This document shows, one piece after another, positions 23,501 to 38,500 of a DNA stretch of 64,000 nucleotides. The position numbers and the translations under genes are program-made. The stretch spans positions 1,984,001 through 2,048,000 of the forward strand of contig NW_027271236.1 of assembly GCF_040938485.1 (NCBI RefSeq), written 5' to 3'. Each line of letters begins with the position of its first letter. Positions within the stretch are counted from its first letter, which is position 1. Under the pieces are notes generated by a model, which was not told where the DNA came from, made no database searches, and was given only the letters and a program-made list of their open reading frames with translations. Source of the stretch: Diadema antillarum (lineage: Eukaryota).

Positions 23501-26500
23501 GTTACGTTGTCTCGAACACTATGGGCTTAGTGGCAACTTCAAGCCCTTCTCATTCTCACCCAACAAACTTGTATACTGTATTTTTGTTCAACTCAAGGTA
23601 GGAGTGTATTTTTAATGCCATTTATTTTTATCACCCCCTCCATACCCATCTGCCACCTATTCAGCCACATCTCACCCCTCCTGTATTTTTTCTGTACAGG
23701 ATACTCAAATTCTTATCTTCATAGTAGAAATGATACCTGCTGGATATCAAAGTTGTCATGGTGTGACCAAGGATAATGTTTTCTTTGTGTAAAGGTTATT
23801 ACAAGAGTGTGAGATGTTTCATCAATGAGAGACTCCCTCCAGGCATCGACTTCACTCGACCTCCTCCCATTGCTCAGACAGCCTTGGACCTTACACTCAG
23901 ACCTGTCCACATCACAGCCACCAGCCCAGCACTAAGAGGTCAAAGGTCAGAACTCCTACGTGTCTAATCATATATACGTGCTACCATATGCACTGACATT
24001 GTATGAAAATGAAGCTATGCAACAATTACAGCCAAAAAAGATCACTAACTTCTTAGAAATAGTTCAAATCTCTGAGTGACATCATACTTGTAATATTCAA
24101 TAGACAGTAGTGCTAGAATAGACTGTTTACGAAACGGTTTGCTATGGTACTGACATTTTTTTCTTATATACCCTGATGTTGATAGCATCATTGTCACAAG
24201 TTATGTAAGCCTGAGTATTTCTTCCTCCATTCAAACTTTCCTATACAGCAGATGCCACAAAGTCTGATAATATTCATAATTGTGCCACTATAATATTAAC
24301 CAAGCATCTTCAAGCTGTGATGATTTGTATTCTGACCATGAGAAGCTGTAGCCTCTGGTGCTCATATTGTAGATATTGGGATGAATTCTGAAGAGGGAAC
24401 TCGTGTAATTTTATGTTGTCTGATGTGCATTTTATTGATTGCTTGTGTGTAGAATGATTTAATGTGATGCTTCTGAGATGCATTCAATACATGATTGATG
24501 TGACTTTTGTTTGTTTGTATTGTCAATAGGAATCTGCTCCTGTGTTCATTGTGCCAAGAACTGCTATGCAGACAGTCCTCAGAGCAGATCAGTGAGTTCC
24601 TGATCCCAGCCCTAGCCCACAGGAAGAGTGGTGTACAGCCAGAGCAGCTGGTAGAAGCCCTGGTCCCAACGGTCAGTAGTGGGGACATGTCACTGGACAG
24701 TCAGGGAGTACAGCTTGGTGTGGAGCCGTCGCCATGGTTACTATATGCAGTCATGACGATAGTTGGGCCATATATTGGTGAGTTATTACGTGTGTCTGTG
24801 TATATTAGTAGTAGGCTTAGCTACATGTACTTGCATGATGTAGGCTGCCTTTAGAGATAACATAAGGAAATGCACAACTACAGTCCCAGACACACAAAAT
24901 ATTTTAGCATGATAATCATATTATGCAGTAGTGATGATATTAATACATAGGAAAAGACAGTCATGTGACCAAGATGTACACTGCTCTTATATCAATTTCA
25001 TGTGACTCAAACAGACTTGATATTTAAATGAAAAAGCTATCTAGTCATCTGAGGTTAGTATACCAATGACGCATAGGTCTGAGTGCGTCAGTTGGAATTG
25101 TGTGCATAAGGTAACTATGGAATGGTTAACCCACGAGGCGAAACTGAGTGGGTATAGGCTAAATTCCATACTTACTGCATGCACACTGTTCTGATTGACA
25201 CACAAAAAGACATGTGCATCATCTGTGTCATAGAATGGGGACAGTCTCCTTGCCAAAAATCCACTCTTTGGTCATGTTCCCCGATGGCAAATTTACTGGA
25301 TGCATTTCCTTTTGGCTTACCATAGACGTAAGCCTGAAAACCATGCATCCAGTACTTTTGCCATGCATCCTATAATTACTGGATGCATGGCAAAAGTACT
25401 GGGTGCATGATTTTTCAGCCAATAGGCATCTTGTACTGAGTGCTCGAATGCTTGCTTAGTGCACGAACCTTTATTACAACTGCGTGATAACGTGTTTACC
25501 ACTGTGTGAGGCAGCGCGTGGCCAGTAGAAAATCCACACACAGTTCTCGACCAGTGAGATTGCAGGATTCTCACTACCCATTCTATAATGTGTACTGTTG
25601 ATTCCTCCCACACGCTGCTGTAGATGAATTCCCTCCTGATCTTGTGATCCGATACCTCCTACTCCTGAGGGCTCTCCTCCCCACCTTACCCAGCGCTGAC
25701 AGACTCCACCTCATGATGATGGCTGACGATGATTCCGACATGGAAGAGGACTTGGAGAGGGACATTGGAGAAGTAGGTCAATCTGGAAAAAATTTCAGTG
25801 AAATATCCCCAACTGTAGCAAACAAACATACAAAGAGCTATGAGTAATCCTTTGTGTCTATTAACAGACTGATATGGACAGGAAAGATGATTTGGGGAGG
25901 AAGTTAACTCCTCTAAAGGTCAAGGTTGAAGAAAAAATACCACACTATCCAACAAACATGCATAGGAACTGAAAATGACCCCCCCCCCAACAAATGACCT
26001 TCATACCTGGGCCCTGTTTTATGAAGAGTTAAAATTGATTATATAGTTGATTTCAACTGTAAGTCTGTGGCAGCCTGTGTGGTAAGGAAATTTGAAATTG
26101 ATTTTATCTTTTGATAAAACGGGACCCAGCGCAACTGGTATCATTCCTTTTGTAATTGATGTAGGTGGATGAGGAAAATTACCGCTTGGTCTATTCTCAC
26201 TTGTCTATTCTCACTTGTCTAATGCCGTTTTGGTCTCATCCAACATGCGATGATTGAATGGGTTTAGCTGTTTTGGTGTTAAGATGATGTGCTATAGTGT
26301 GTTATAGTTATCAAATCTTTCATTAAAGGAATCCTGTACCCTGATTGGCCTACATAGCATCATGTGACCAAACATATCATAGCTATGTTGAAGACGAGAT
26401 GACCATGACATCGTATTCATGGTATAGTGCACAATATACCATGAATATGATGTCATGTTTGCGGTATAGTCATTTGATAGCGTGAGTATTTGTTTACTGT

Positions 26501-29500
26501 GCCTAAACTGTCTTACATTTCTCTTTTCATCACAGTTTGGCAATGCGTCTACCATCTCAGAGATCCGAGAACAGTGTGTCAGACAGGTCAACTCTCCGGC
26601 TCATGTCAAGTGTCTGATCGCCACGACAACACAGGGCAATGTCCCCGCCCTCACAGCCCTCTGTACATTGTGCCACGCCTTGATGGTAGACCACAAACTT
26701 CATGTACCCAGGAGCAAGTATGTCACTCCATTTTGACAAAGTCCTCTGTGAAATGATTATCCACATGTACAACCCTCATAAAAGTAATGACTCTTATATT
26801 CAGTATTATGCATAATTGGTATTGATGTAGTGGAAAGTAGGGGAATCCCCACATATTAGACCTTACTCCAGACACTTTGTACCATGTCAAACTCTGCCAT
26901 GCAAGCATTTCTGCATGAAACCATTGAATTGTCATGTGAAAAGCCTATGACTGAAGTACCTCAGCATAACCAATGCCTTGTCATTGTCAGTTGCAGTAAA
27001 GACTTGATTAGCAACCAGCAATGAACGCATGAGGAGAATAAAGAAATAGAATACCAGTATATGAGGTGTTGTAAAATGACATTACATTACGCCATTGTGT
27101 TGACCCAGATACTTGAAATTATTTTGTACGTTTAGGATGATCCAATGACAAGCAGAACTGATTTCTCTGTAATACCTTGTTTGTTAGGACATTTGTATTT
27201 TTAAAAGTCTTTTTTTATGAAGGAAATAATCTGAATTCCCTCATTATATCTTTGTCTACAGGTTGCTTTATTCACTAGCCATCAACAAGGCCTTCATCAG
27301 ACATCTATGGTCAACTCTTAGAACAGTCTCATCAATATCTGTCACAGGGTGAGTGAGGGCGCCAAACATTTGTTTTTTTTTCTCCCAGTATCAATGAATC
27401 GAGAAGAGTTGTTGTCTTTCTTTTGATGGCAAAAAATCATGAAAGTCTACAAAAATCACCTAAAAACAAAACCAAAAAAAAAAAAACTCCCACAAAAACA
27501 CACAAAAACAAAACAAAAATCACAAAAGTTCTACCAATACATTTTCATGCCATGGGTGGAAACCATGAAGGCATTTCCATTGATTGTTCACTTTGTCGCA
27601 AGAAAGGCAGTGAATGCAAAGTGTAGAAATTTGATGTACATTGTAACTGTTTTGTAGTGGCTACTGGACAGTCCGGATGTTTTTTTTTTTCCTGCTATTT
27701 GTCATGTTGTGGTAATCTTTTGATCTCCACACCTGTGGGTGATTCAATACCTCAATTTTAATCATGGTGAATGTGCTTGGGAGTTGTGCCAGTTCAAAAA
27801 TGTTATGGTCGGATGCCAAATCTCACCTTTACTAGTAACTGATTCATTATTGTAAGTTCATTATGTATAGATTAGTTTGACATTGAGATGGAGTGTTTGC
27901 AAACTACATGTATGCTTGTTACTGTCATTGAAATGTACTGGTCAGTAATGATGTATTAAAATGTGTACTTAAAAGAGAAATATAAAAAAAAAATCCTGTT
28001 GTCGTAGCGACTAGGGGCTTGCATAGAAAGCAGATTAATCAATGTAACATTTCTTTATTTTCATCATGTGCAGAACCCACATTCCTCTGCTCCAGACGAT
28101 ATCCCGGGGGATAGACCTTCCTACCAGTGACATTAACCGCATCATCCCCCTCCTGTCGGTCTTCTGTTCTCTCTTTGGTCACCTCCTGGTCTCCTTGCAT
28201 GACTCCGAGTTTTACGGCGAGGATTCCGGTGAGTAGCAACTTTCCCCCTCCTCTTCCTTCTTGCCCCCTTCTTTAGAGGGGGTAGTGGTTTTACTGTCCA
28301 CCTTGGTCGTGGAAGGTCTTGGATTCAAGTCCGAAAGAGATCTGTTGCTTTATAGTGTTATGTCCCTTTAATTCAGTGGTCTGTTCTGTTAGTAAATGTT
28401 TATTCTTGACTGATAACGAGTGATGCCATTGCCCACTTTAATAATATGTTTATAGCTGTACGAGTGTATTCGTTTACATGTATCAGACTAGTATCATAGT
28501 AAAACCACTGATCAGCTTCACTCCAAGAAGTGGACCCGATTGAGAAGGCTAGAAGCAGAGATTTGTTGCACGTAATAATCACCTACATCTTCAGATATGG
28601 CATCTAGAGAGAGAGAGAGAGAGAGTCAAACCTGTTTGCAAAGACCACTCGGGGAAAACACTCAAAAAGTCATTATGTTAGCTATACACTCTGCTCCTTC
28701 AAAGGATCACCAGTGCCTTAGTAGCAAATAGATGTAAATGGCATTTGCTTGATACAATGACTAAACAAAGCCATAGTAAGCTGGTTGCTTGACAGTCACT
28801 GTGCACACTTTTCAGTCATCCCATTTTCCTCAAACTTTCACTGATGTGTTCTACTAATATTGCTGCATTCACTCAGTCCACACATATATCTCGTTGAACT
28901 TGTCCTTTAGATCTAAACTTCCCCTGTTTTACTCCAAGTTACGTTGGAGTCATGCTGGCTAAAGATGATACCATTACAACTCTTACTGATGTAATGCTAA
29001 GACAATGAGGTGTAGAGTCTCTGAGACGATTTACTCAAACTTTGCCTTCATGCATAGTTTGTACATTTATTCAAACAGTTGTTGCACACACCATGCAGAA
29101 GAGGTGTACTCTATTGGTCAAACAATAAACACTCTTTATAACCTTAGAAAGTGCTAAACATGCTAAACAGGCTTTGGTCTTCTGTTTTATATTAGCAATT
29201 GCACCAATATTGGTATACAAACAGCATTGACAATAAAAGGGATTGTATAGTTTAGTTGAGACCTAACTTCAGGTTTCCAACATTTTTTGGTGAAATAATG
29301 AGAAACCTCTTGTAAAATGTGAAAGAGGATGTAATTTCAAGGGGAATCCAATGTTTCTTTGATGGAAATTGGTTATGAAATGGCTGAGTTATCCAAAACA
29401 GAGCGATCCTAATAAAATCGCTTTGTTTTGCTTTGTTTTTGGATGATGTCTCGGCCATTCCAAAGCCGATTTTCATCAAATAAACTTTGAATTCCTCTCA

Positions 29501-32500
29501 GAATGGTATGCTCTGTACTATTTTATAAGTGGTTTCTTGATATCTCACCAAAAGTTAAAAGCCCAATCCTCATATCCACCAATGCTATACCATCCCTTTA
29601 AGGCCTAGTATGTGATAAATATCCCTGCCTCTGTTGTCTGTAGACCCAAATAAGATGAGTCTGATGCCCTTCAGTCTTGAGGAGCTGGTGCACATGAGTC
29701 TGGCCCTGAGAAATGCTTGTCTTGGGATGGTGGAACTGGCCTACCCTGAGACCACTCCATCAGTCACCTCTGAGTACTCTCTGGCCATGGCCAGTGTAGG
29801 GGTCAGACGGAGACTGGACCCCAAGAAAGCTGAGAAAGTCATGGCTACTTGGCTCTATGTCTTCAAGGTGGGTATGAATCTAGTTTGCAGGCACAAACCC
29901 TTGTTTGTTGTAAAGGAGTCTGCGCCAAGACTACTACATGAGCCACCCTGGCACTGTCCCATAGGCCCAGTGTTGTAGCTTCTCCCTTGTTGGGAGAGGC
30001 TGCAAGTGCCAGGATGGTGCATGTAGTAGTCTTGGCGCAGACTCCTTTATGACCAACAAGGGTTTTGCACACTAGTATGAATCAATTTCAGTGAGTTTAC
30101 TCTTGTGGTCTGTGCATCATATGGAGTGAAAAAGAGATAAAATGATCAGTATTACCTGTAGTGGATAATCTGATACAACTCCAGGAACGCAAGAACTGAT
30201 TAAGTTGAATGTAATCGACTATAGTCAATCTTATTATGATCATATGGATATTGTTCTTAAGATAGACATTTAAAAGACAGCATAACACATTAGTTATGCA
30301 GGATGCACAGATACAGTTCTAAATAAATTGGAAAATAGCCATAGATATTATTCTTGGGTCTCAAAAGCTGTTTTAAAAGCCATTGCCTGGTGTTTGTATA
30401 TATACAAGTGTAAATGTCTACTGATTTACTGATCTGACTTATCAATTTGTATGTGTCTCATGCTTCTGTTAATTTGGTGTATGAATTGAAAGCTCTCTTT
30501 TTCCTGTATATGAGTATTTTGTTCACATTTTTCATTCTTTGTCAAGTAGTTGGGTTTGTGAAGAAGAAATGAGAAAATACACTCTTCAAATGAGGGATTG
30601 AGTAGTACATATTATTTCAGCATGAAATGAATATGTATGTGAGATATATTTTAGACTGTCACCAGATTTAATTATTCTTTTGTGTAACTTTACTGGACCA
30701 AATTCAAACTCTTCCTCAATTTTTGTTGTCTTCAATTCTTGTATTAGCATATCTTGGTATTTACAGTTACAAACTGTTATTACTGTATATACAATATATT
30801 TAGCGAGTCTAAATTTTCGTGAATCAGGACTTCCTAATGATTTCGCGAGTGGTTATTTTTGCAATCGTCGAGTACTGTACTGGTAGAAAATTGAGCAAAG
30901 AAAATGGAATTCCATCCCGATGGAATCCCATTTTCTTTGCTCCATTTTCTACTAATAAATAATATTCATTTCTGGTCAATTTTTCTGTTTGCGTTTCAGT
31001 ACTGTACTGAACGGAGAAATGTATACTTGCACATCACATTCATATTGGGATCCGAGTCAATATTTTCGCGTGTCTTTAAATTCGTGAATAGCACCTGACT
31101 TGCAAAATTCGCGAAAATAAAAACCTCGCAAAATATTCGGCATATACAGTATTCTCCTATGAATCAAGAAATGCTAGTGATGGAAAAAGGACAAGATTGA
31201 AATTGAGATGTCAAAGACCAATATTTTGCTCTGCATTTTGCTCACTTGACCACAGGTCACCACCCAGCTGGTCAAGCAGCTACATGCCAGGGACATCCGA
31301 CGGCCATTCTGTCCCCTCAATCACTGGCTAGCACCAAATGTCCACGTCTATGCAGATCAGAAGGTATAGCTACTGCTCGACACAGCGCCATGTGTTGACT
31401 TTTTTTTTCAGGGGCTTCTCCTCCCCCAATAGTTTGGCAGGATTTCCTTTAACTGGTAGAGTACCACAAAGAATAGCGCATGCCTTCATGACATGAAAAA
31501 TTCCATTTTCTGTTGCTGCTCACTGCATTTTGTTTTTCTGACAATGAATCAAACTAGCTGCCCTTGTTTTTAGTCTTTGAAAAGTTCTGGAAATCTTCCA
31601 ATTTCCACACAGGGTTTCAAAATGTCTTCTCTGTACCATATGACATTACGTGTATTTTGGCAATTGCTGAAAACAATTGCTGAGGTACATGCTCTGTCAG
31701 GGTTGGATGTAGATGCCATACTACAATGTTGCAGGCCACCACTAGACCTGTGAATGTTAGGTTGTTTTTACAATCAAACTGTCCAAATCAAATTGTATGA
31801 TAAAGAGGTGAGGTTGCATGTATTCAATTCTACTTCTGATGAAGCTCTGAGAGTGTTTGTAAGCAGTTGACCATGGGACTTACTGTAAAGGTAGTAATGG
31901 GCATGTAGTGCCTTGCCCATTGGCACAATCACTTCTAGCAAGGGACTTGAACCAGTGACCTCAAGATTGAGCCCCTAATGATCTTAACCACTGAACCTTA
32001 ACATTTTTTTTTGATTGATGTTATCAATGCTTCTCCTTCTACCAGTCTCGTGGAGTGAGGGGTCATGGGGGTAGGATGTATCGCCCCAGACGACTCCAGC
32101 TCCTAGCCCAGCCCAATCCAGATGATGAAGAGGGACCACCACCATCCACCCACATGGCACGAAGACTGGTCATCTTGGCTGAGCTTCCTTTTGTCATCCC
32201 TTTTGAAGAAAGAGTGCAGGTAGAGTGTTTGTTATCTTGTATAGTAAAGCTGTCCGGATTTAGTACAGGTAGAGTGTATGTTACCTATTAAGGCATTTAT
32301 ATAAAGGCATCTTACAGAAATGCCAAAGTAGTTGAGTATTTTTATTTTGTAATTTTTAACAAGTGTTCGATCAGGATGCCATCTCATTTGCCGGAAAGGT
32401 ATATTTGTTTTTGTTTTTTGTTTTTTTTTGTTTTTTCTCTCTTTTGCTGTGAACATGATAAGATCTTAGACCTGAAGAAAGTAGAATCAAGAATGTCTAC

Positions 32501-35500
32501 CAGCTCATAATCTGTCGTGAACTTAAACAATTTTGGGAGCATTAGTTCTCTGTGCTTATGAGCTTGAAGAACACTGTTTGTCCTCCAACACTACCTGAAC
32601 TGGCTTTGTTTGAGTGAGGTCTGTGATGTCAGTGACTTCTTTAAGCTGCTAGTATAGACAAACCTGTCAATAACACCTTCAGATGTTGTAAGGCAAAAGA
32701 CTGTATACACCAAATATTTCGCAAGGTTTTTATTTTCGCGAATTTCACGAGTGAGCTGCTATTCGCGAAATTAAAGACACGCGAAAATATCGACTCTAAT
32801 CCCGATATGAATATAACACATATGTAAACATTTCTCCATTCAGTACAAGACTCCACGATCGCGAATTTAACCACTTGCGAAATCGTCGGGAAGTCTCGAT
32901 TCGCGAAAATTTAGACTTGCTAAATATATGGCGTATACAGTACTCCCTGTGGACAGGTGGTTTCTACACACATGTCAACATACATGAAAAATGGTCTGCC
33001 AGAAATGGAAGTAGGTGGTCTCTTCAGACAGCCAGTCTATACAAGAGTTGATAAAAGATATCTGTTGTGCTTGGTGTCCATTAGGTATTCCGTGAGTGGG
33101 TAGCAGCTGACAAACAGGAATCTCAGGGAGACTTTGCTGGTTTCCTCCCAGGGAAGAGCATCGACATCATCGTCAGGAGGAACTACATCTATGAGGATGC
33201 CTACGACAGACTCCGCCCTGAGAATGGTGGGTATATCAAACATTTGCACCGATCACCTTATGGTAGCCGTGTAGGTCTGGGTTACTATTTGTTTGTTTCT
33301 TTGTAAAGTGATGGTTAGCCTGTTTGAACCTGTGAACCCTTTTTAAGTGAAGATAGTTGACTTCTGTCAGTTTTATGCTATACTTTGCCAATTTTTCCTG
33401 TCAATTTTGTATTTTGTATTTCAGCTAATACTGCTTTGTGTCAACAGCATTGTTACTCTAATCAAATGATAAGCTATCATGATATTTATGATAGTATGAG
33501 TTAATGTCATTAGTGCTCATCATTTGAAAGTGATTAAAAGAAAGCTGAGTGAGATTCTAGGGTACACTAAATTGAATTGATCAGGCATATGTGATAATCT
33601 TAACAAGTTTTGGTTTTATGTTTGTAAACCGCTTTGATTGATTGATTGTTTGTTCCTACAGAGCCTGACTTAAGGAAAAAGTTACGGGTGACCCTGAAGA
33701 ATGCCCAGGGACTGGATGAGGCTGGCATCGATGGCGGAGGCATCTCTCGCGAGTTCCTCTCGCAGCTTTTGCGGACGGCCTTTGACCCCAACAGGGGATT
33801 TTTTAAGACCACCACTGATGAGCTGCTGTACCCCAGCCCTCAGTCAGCCTACCTACTGGAAGATTTCACCAAACATTATTACTTCATTGGTAGGATGATG
33901 GGAAAGGTGAGCTGGGTATTTTAGTGAAATGTCCTATGAAGGATAGATAGAAAACTTAGTTTACATGAGTGGTTGTATTGAAATGCTGTGTGAATGCATG
34001 GTGGAAATCATACTTAAGCTAGATCCATGCATGGTGTCATCTCTAAATGGTTTAAGTCATTCTACAAGAATTTGGCTATTGTTGGTTAGGTCAATTAATT
34101 TGGAATGAGATAGAATGTGATGCAGGAAGCAGAATGCTGAAAGTCTTAGTTGGTCTTGATGTTAAAATGGAATGGATATCTAATCAATCCATCGTGAGGA
34201 GAAATATGTTTTAGGACATGGTATTTGGTTTAAAGGGAAGATGTATGTGTAGTTTCCTAAATACTTTGGATACTCTTGTCACTAAAGATTCAGTTGAACT
34301 CTGTAAGTGACCTTTGACTAGTCTGATTATTCAGACAGACCCTGCTCATATCTGTTTATGTTTAGATCCCATATCAATTCATAAGATTATTTACATGCAG
34401 ATCCCGTAAGAAAGTATGCTTATAAAGGTCCCTTATAGCTCCATCTATGTGTACAGGTCTGTGAGAATCTGTCGATGATATGTCTCATTATTCACACAGA
34501 TCCTCTACGAGAATCTCTTGGTTGAGATTCCCTTTGCAAGCTTCTTCCTCTCCAAGATTCTCAGCCGTCACTCCAACGTAGACATCCATCATTTGGCCTC
34601 CCTCGACCCTGTCATGTACAAGTGAGTTCAGACTTGGCTTCTGGTCATGTGACCACGTAGAGGATATTCAAATATTTATAAGTTTGTAAGCTACAAAGCA
34701 ATAACACTTAACTGGTACTACTCAGAGATATTGACAAATCTCTCAGTTGGTTACCTAAAAAAGTAGAAAAGCTTAAATGTTTTCCTCTCAGGGATAATCA
34801 AATGTCTCTTGGTTTATACAAATAAAAGCACTAGCTACCAATGTCACTAGCCATTAATCAGTTGACCTGAAAAATAGACAAAGATAAGTACAGATGATAA
34901 ATTGTTGGTAGCGTGACATTGTTAGTAAAAATGTGATGTTACCTGTAGGTCTGATCTATCATATGATATGAATCTAGCTTCAAAGCAATTCATCATTGTG
35001 AATTTGAAAGACACGTTAAGAATCATGAAAGCCCTCTCAAATAAAATTTCAAAGTTTCTACAAATACTTTCAATTCTGCCCTCCCCAAAATAATTACATT
35101 TTTAAATGTCACTAGCATGTGACAAAATTCAGCTCAAACTTTTGATGGATGAAGCTGTGAGGAGTAACGATGTCATCAGATTTCTGTATTGTTTGATTTG
35201 TTTAGATATGCATTGCTTCTTCAAGTAATGTCAGGAGATGAGGTTCTGGTTAATTTAGCTGCTGAAAATTGGAGCTAAACATAGAGGTTGTGTTGCTGTA
35301 ATGTAAAAGTCTTAATGTTGTTCTTCCATTCGTTTCTCCAGGAACTTACTTTTCCTGAAGCATTACAAAGATGATGTCACAGACCTGGATCTGACCTTCA
35401 CAGTCATGGACAATGAATTTGGGGAAGCCCAGGTAAAATTGGGTGCAGCATCAGATTCTTTGTGTATATTCTTCACATTTCTCCATTAAAATGCTAATGC

Positions 35501-38500
35501 CTAAACAATCTATGAGTTTTATAGGTAAGATAGATATGAGTCTTCATTTGCACTTTTGCCTTGGATATATTGATCCTAAGATCCTACATTCATGAAGCTA
35601 ACTGCTAGCAGAAGCGTATTTATAACTATTGAAGAAACTGTCTGTTTAATTGGCTTATGTGGAAGTTTGTCAGGAGTCTTCTGAGCCAACAATGCATTGA
35701 GAAGAATGTATGAAAAATTGTGGGACATCTCTTTATCATGTGCTAATCTGTAAGAAGAACTGTAGCTCATGAAAGGATGATGCTCACTGGAGATACTGCA
35801 ATGTTGTGAGAACAGTATTTTGATGAAAGAAAATTAAGTTGAATGCTATAAGTTTGTCACTTTTCACCTTGTCAATTGTCAGGTCCATGAGCTGAAGCCA
35901 GGTGGGGCCGAGATCCCAGTGACGGCAGCAAACAGGATAGAATACATTCATCTCATGGCGGACTTTAGACTTAACAAGCAGGTGAGATGGCAAGGAAACG
36001 ACTCTCTCTGGAAGTTGTCATGGTAACAGAGCAATATGATGCAGACTTGGGATGTTTCTTTTATGTGATAATTCACAGTGATAATTCACAAGAGTAGTGT
36101 CACTCAAGGTGTAGCATTACCAATGTGTAGTGGTAAAGATGTGTAATGTTACTCAAGGTGTAGTATTGCCAATGTGCAGTGGTAGAGATGTGTAGTGTTA
36201 CTCAAGGTGCAGTATTACCAATGTGTAGTGGTAAAGATGTGTAGTGTCACTCAAGGTGTAGTGGTAGAGATGTGTAGTGTTACTCAAGGTGTAGTATTAC
36301 CAAAGTGTAGTGGGAGAGATGTGTAGTGTCACTCAAGGTGTAGTATTACCAAAGTGTAGTGGTAAAGAAGTGTGGTGTCACTCAAGGTGTAGTGTTAAAG
36401 AAGTGTAGTATCACTCAAATGGTGACAGTACAGACGTGAAGCGTTGCCATTGTTTGGTAGCACTGAAGTGTAGCGTCACTTGTGTGTGTTAGCACAGAGG
36501 CAAAATGTATTGGTACAGAAATTATTTGTAACCCAAGTTTAGTAGCACAGTAATGCAGTGTCACTCAAGTGCAATGGCACTGAAGCGCAGTCTCACCCAA
36601 ATAAGATGGTGTAGAAGTGTTGTGTCATTGAAGTGTGGTTAGAGAGAAGCTCGTGTTATGTGAGGGTGATGTTAAAGGGTGTGTACAGTTCTGGTCGAGG
36701 TGAAGATTTAGCTTTTAACGTTTTGTGAGATATTCAGAAACCACTCTAGGAGATGTCAAAGAGCATGCAGTTCTAAGGGGTATCAAAAGTTTATTCAATG
36801 AAAATCGGTTTTGAAATGGCTGAGATATCCAAAAAGAAGGTGAAACGAAGAGATCCTAATAAAGTTGTGGCATGTCGCCTTTTATTATTAGCACTTTTTT
36901 GGATATCTCAGCCATTTGAAAACCAATTTTCATCAAATAAACGTTTAATCCTTCTTAAAATTATGTGCTCTTTCATATTTCATGAGAGGTTTCTCATTAG
37001 CTCACTTAGGAATGTTCAAAACCTGAATCCCTACCTCAACAAGTACTGTACAGTCATTTTACAGGCATGTTGTCGAATGAGTGTGGTGGTAGAAAAATCT
37101 CTCATTGTATGGTATATCATAGAGGTGTAGTGGCATATTCACAGGACGTATTTTGGAGGTATGGTTATTTTGGATAAGATTTTTACAAGGTGTACAGGAA
37201 TTATGTGGAAGATTTCTGATGTAAAGATGTGACATTAAAAGCTGTGTGTGAATATTTTGTGTACAACAATGTGAAAGCTTTGTGGTTAGGTGTTGTGTAC
37301 ATTATAGGGCAAAATGTTGTATGAAATAGAAACTGTGTCAGTCACTATAAACTGGAATCTATATGAGTTTTCATACAAACCAAATGTTTTTGCTTCCCCA
37401 CCAGATTCGACCCCACATCCTGTCCTTTCGTCAGGGTCTAGCCGATGTCATCGACCTGGAATGGCTGCGGATGTTTGACCACCAGGAGCTCCAGGTCCTC
37501 ATCTCTGGCGCCTCGATGCCCATCGACGTCGACGACCTCCGCCAGCACACAAACTACTCTGGTGGCTACAAGGATGACAGCCCCGTCATTAAGAACTTTT
37601 GGAGGGTGGTAACCAGTATGACCAACGCCCAGCGACGTCACCTCCTAAAGTTTGTCACCAGCTGCTCTAGACCACCTCTCCTGGGATTCAAGGTAAGTCT
37701 TGACCCCTCCATCAGCATTCCCAGGAGTTTCTTGCATTTTCTTTCTGATTTTTTTTTTTTTTTTTGGGGGGGGGGAGGGAGGAGGAAGAATTTTCTTTCA
37801 AAAACAAAAAGCTTGATATCTTGATGTATATTTTTATCTGTGTTTGTGTTTTAGTCTCTCTGTCAGTATGTACCACTATTTGCCACCATCTGCTTCACAT
37901 TATTGTGTGTGACAGATGCTTTTGTCACACACTGGCATTACGGATACAATACACAATATTGATAGTGATAAAGGTCAGGACTTTAAGATGTGATTAGAAA
38001 GAGCAATGCATCTTTACACACATAGTAACTGTGATCACAATGGCAAAACTTTGCGCTCAAAGTTTTGCCAGTCTAACTGCAAACATCCCCAAAACTTTTC
38101 ATGAAACTTCTCACAAAACTTCTCCCTCAAATTAGTGAAATTTCCCAAACCCCGCAAATCTTCTCAGAGTTTATGCAGTCCGACTGCTTGCAGCTGATTG
38201 TGATTTACATATGTGCATTGTTTATGTAGCAACCATTAGCTGTCAGACAGCACATGCTTTTTTAATTTCTCTGTTGCACATATGCATCAGTGACCCTAAC
38301 TTTGAGAACGGAAACTTTGAGAAGTTTGGCTACTATTGTGAATGGATGAAAAAGCTTAACATACAGGTCATAACCCGTTGAGGACGAATTCCGAGTATAC
38401 TCAGGCAGCTGTCTATGGGAAATGCAAGTTGTAGCAAAATCAGGCAGCTGTCTATGGGAAATGCAAGTTGTAGCAAAATCAGCCTGTCCTCAACAGGTTA

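Noticed and set aside
36094-36420. Regular repeat array as a CRISPR-like locus
   Set aside because: No unique spacers, no cas genes, eukaryotic intron; it is a minisatellite.
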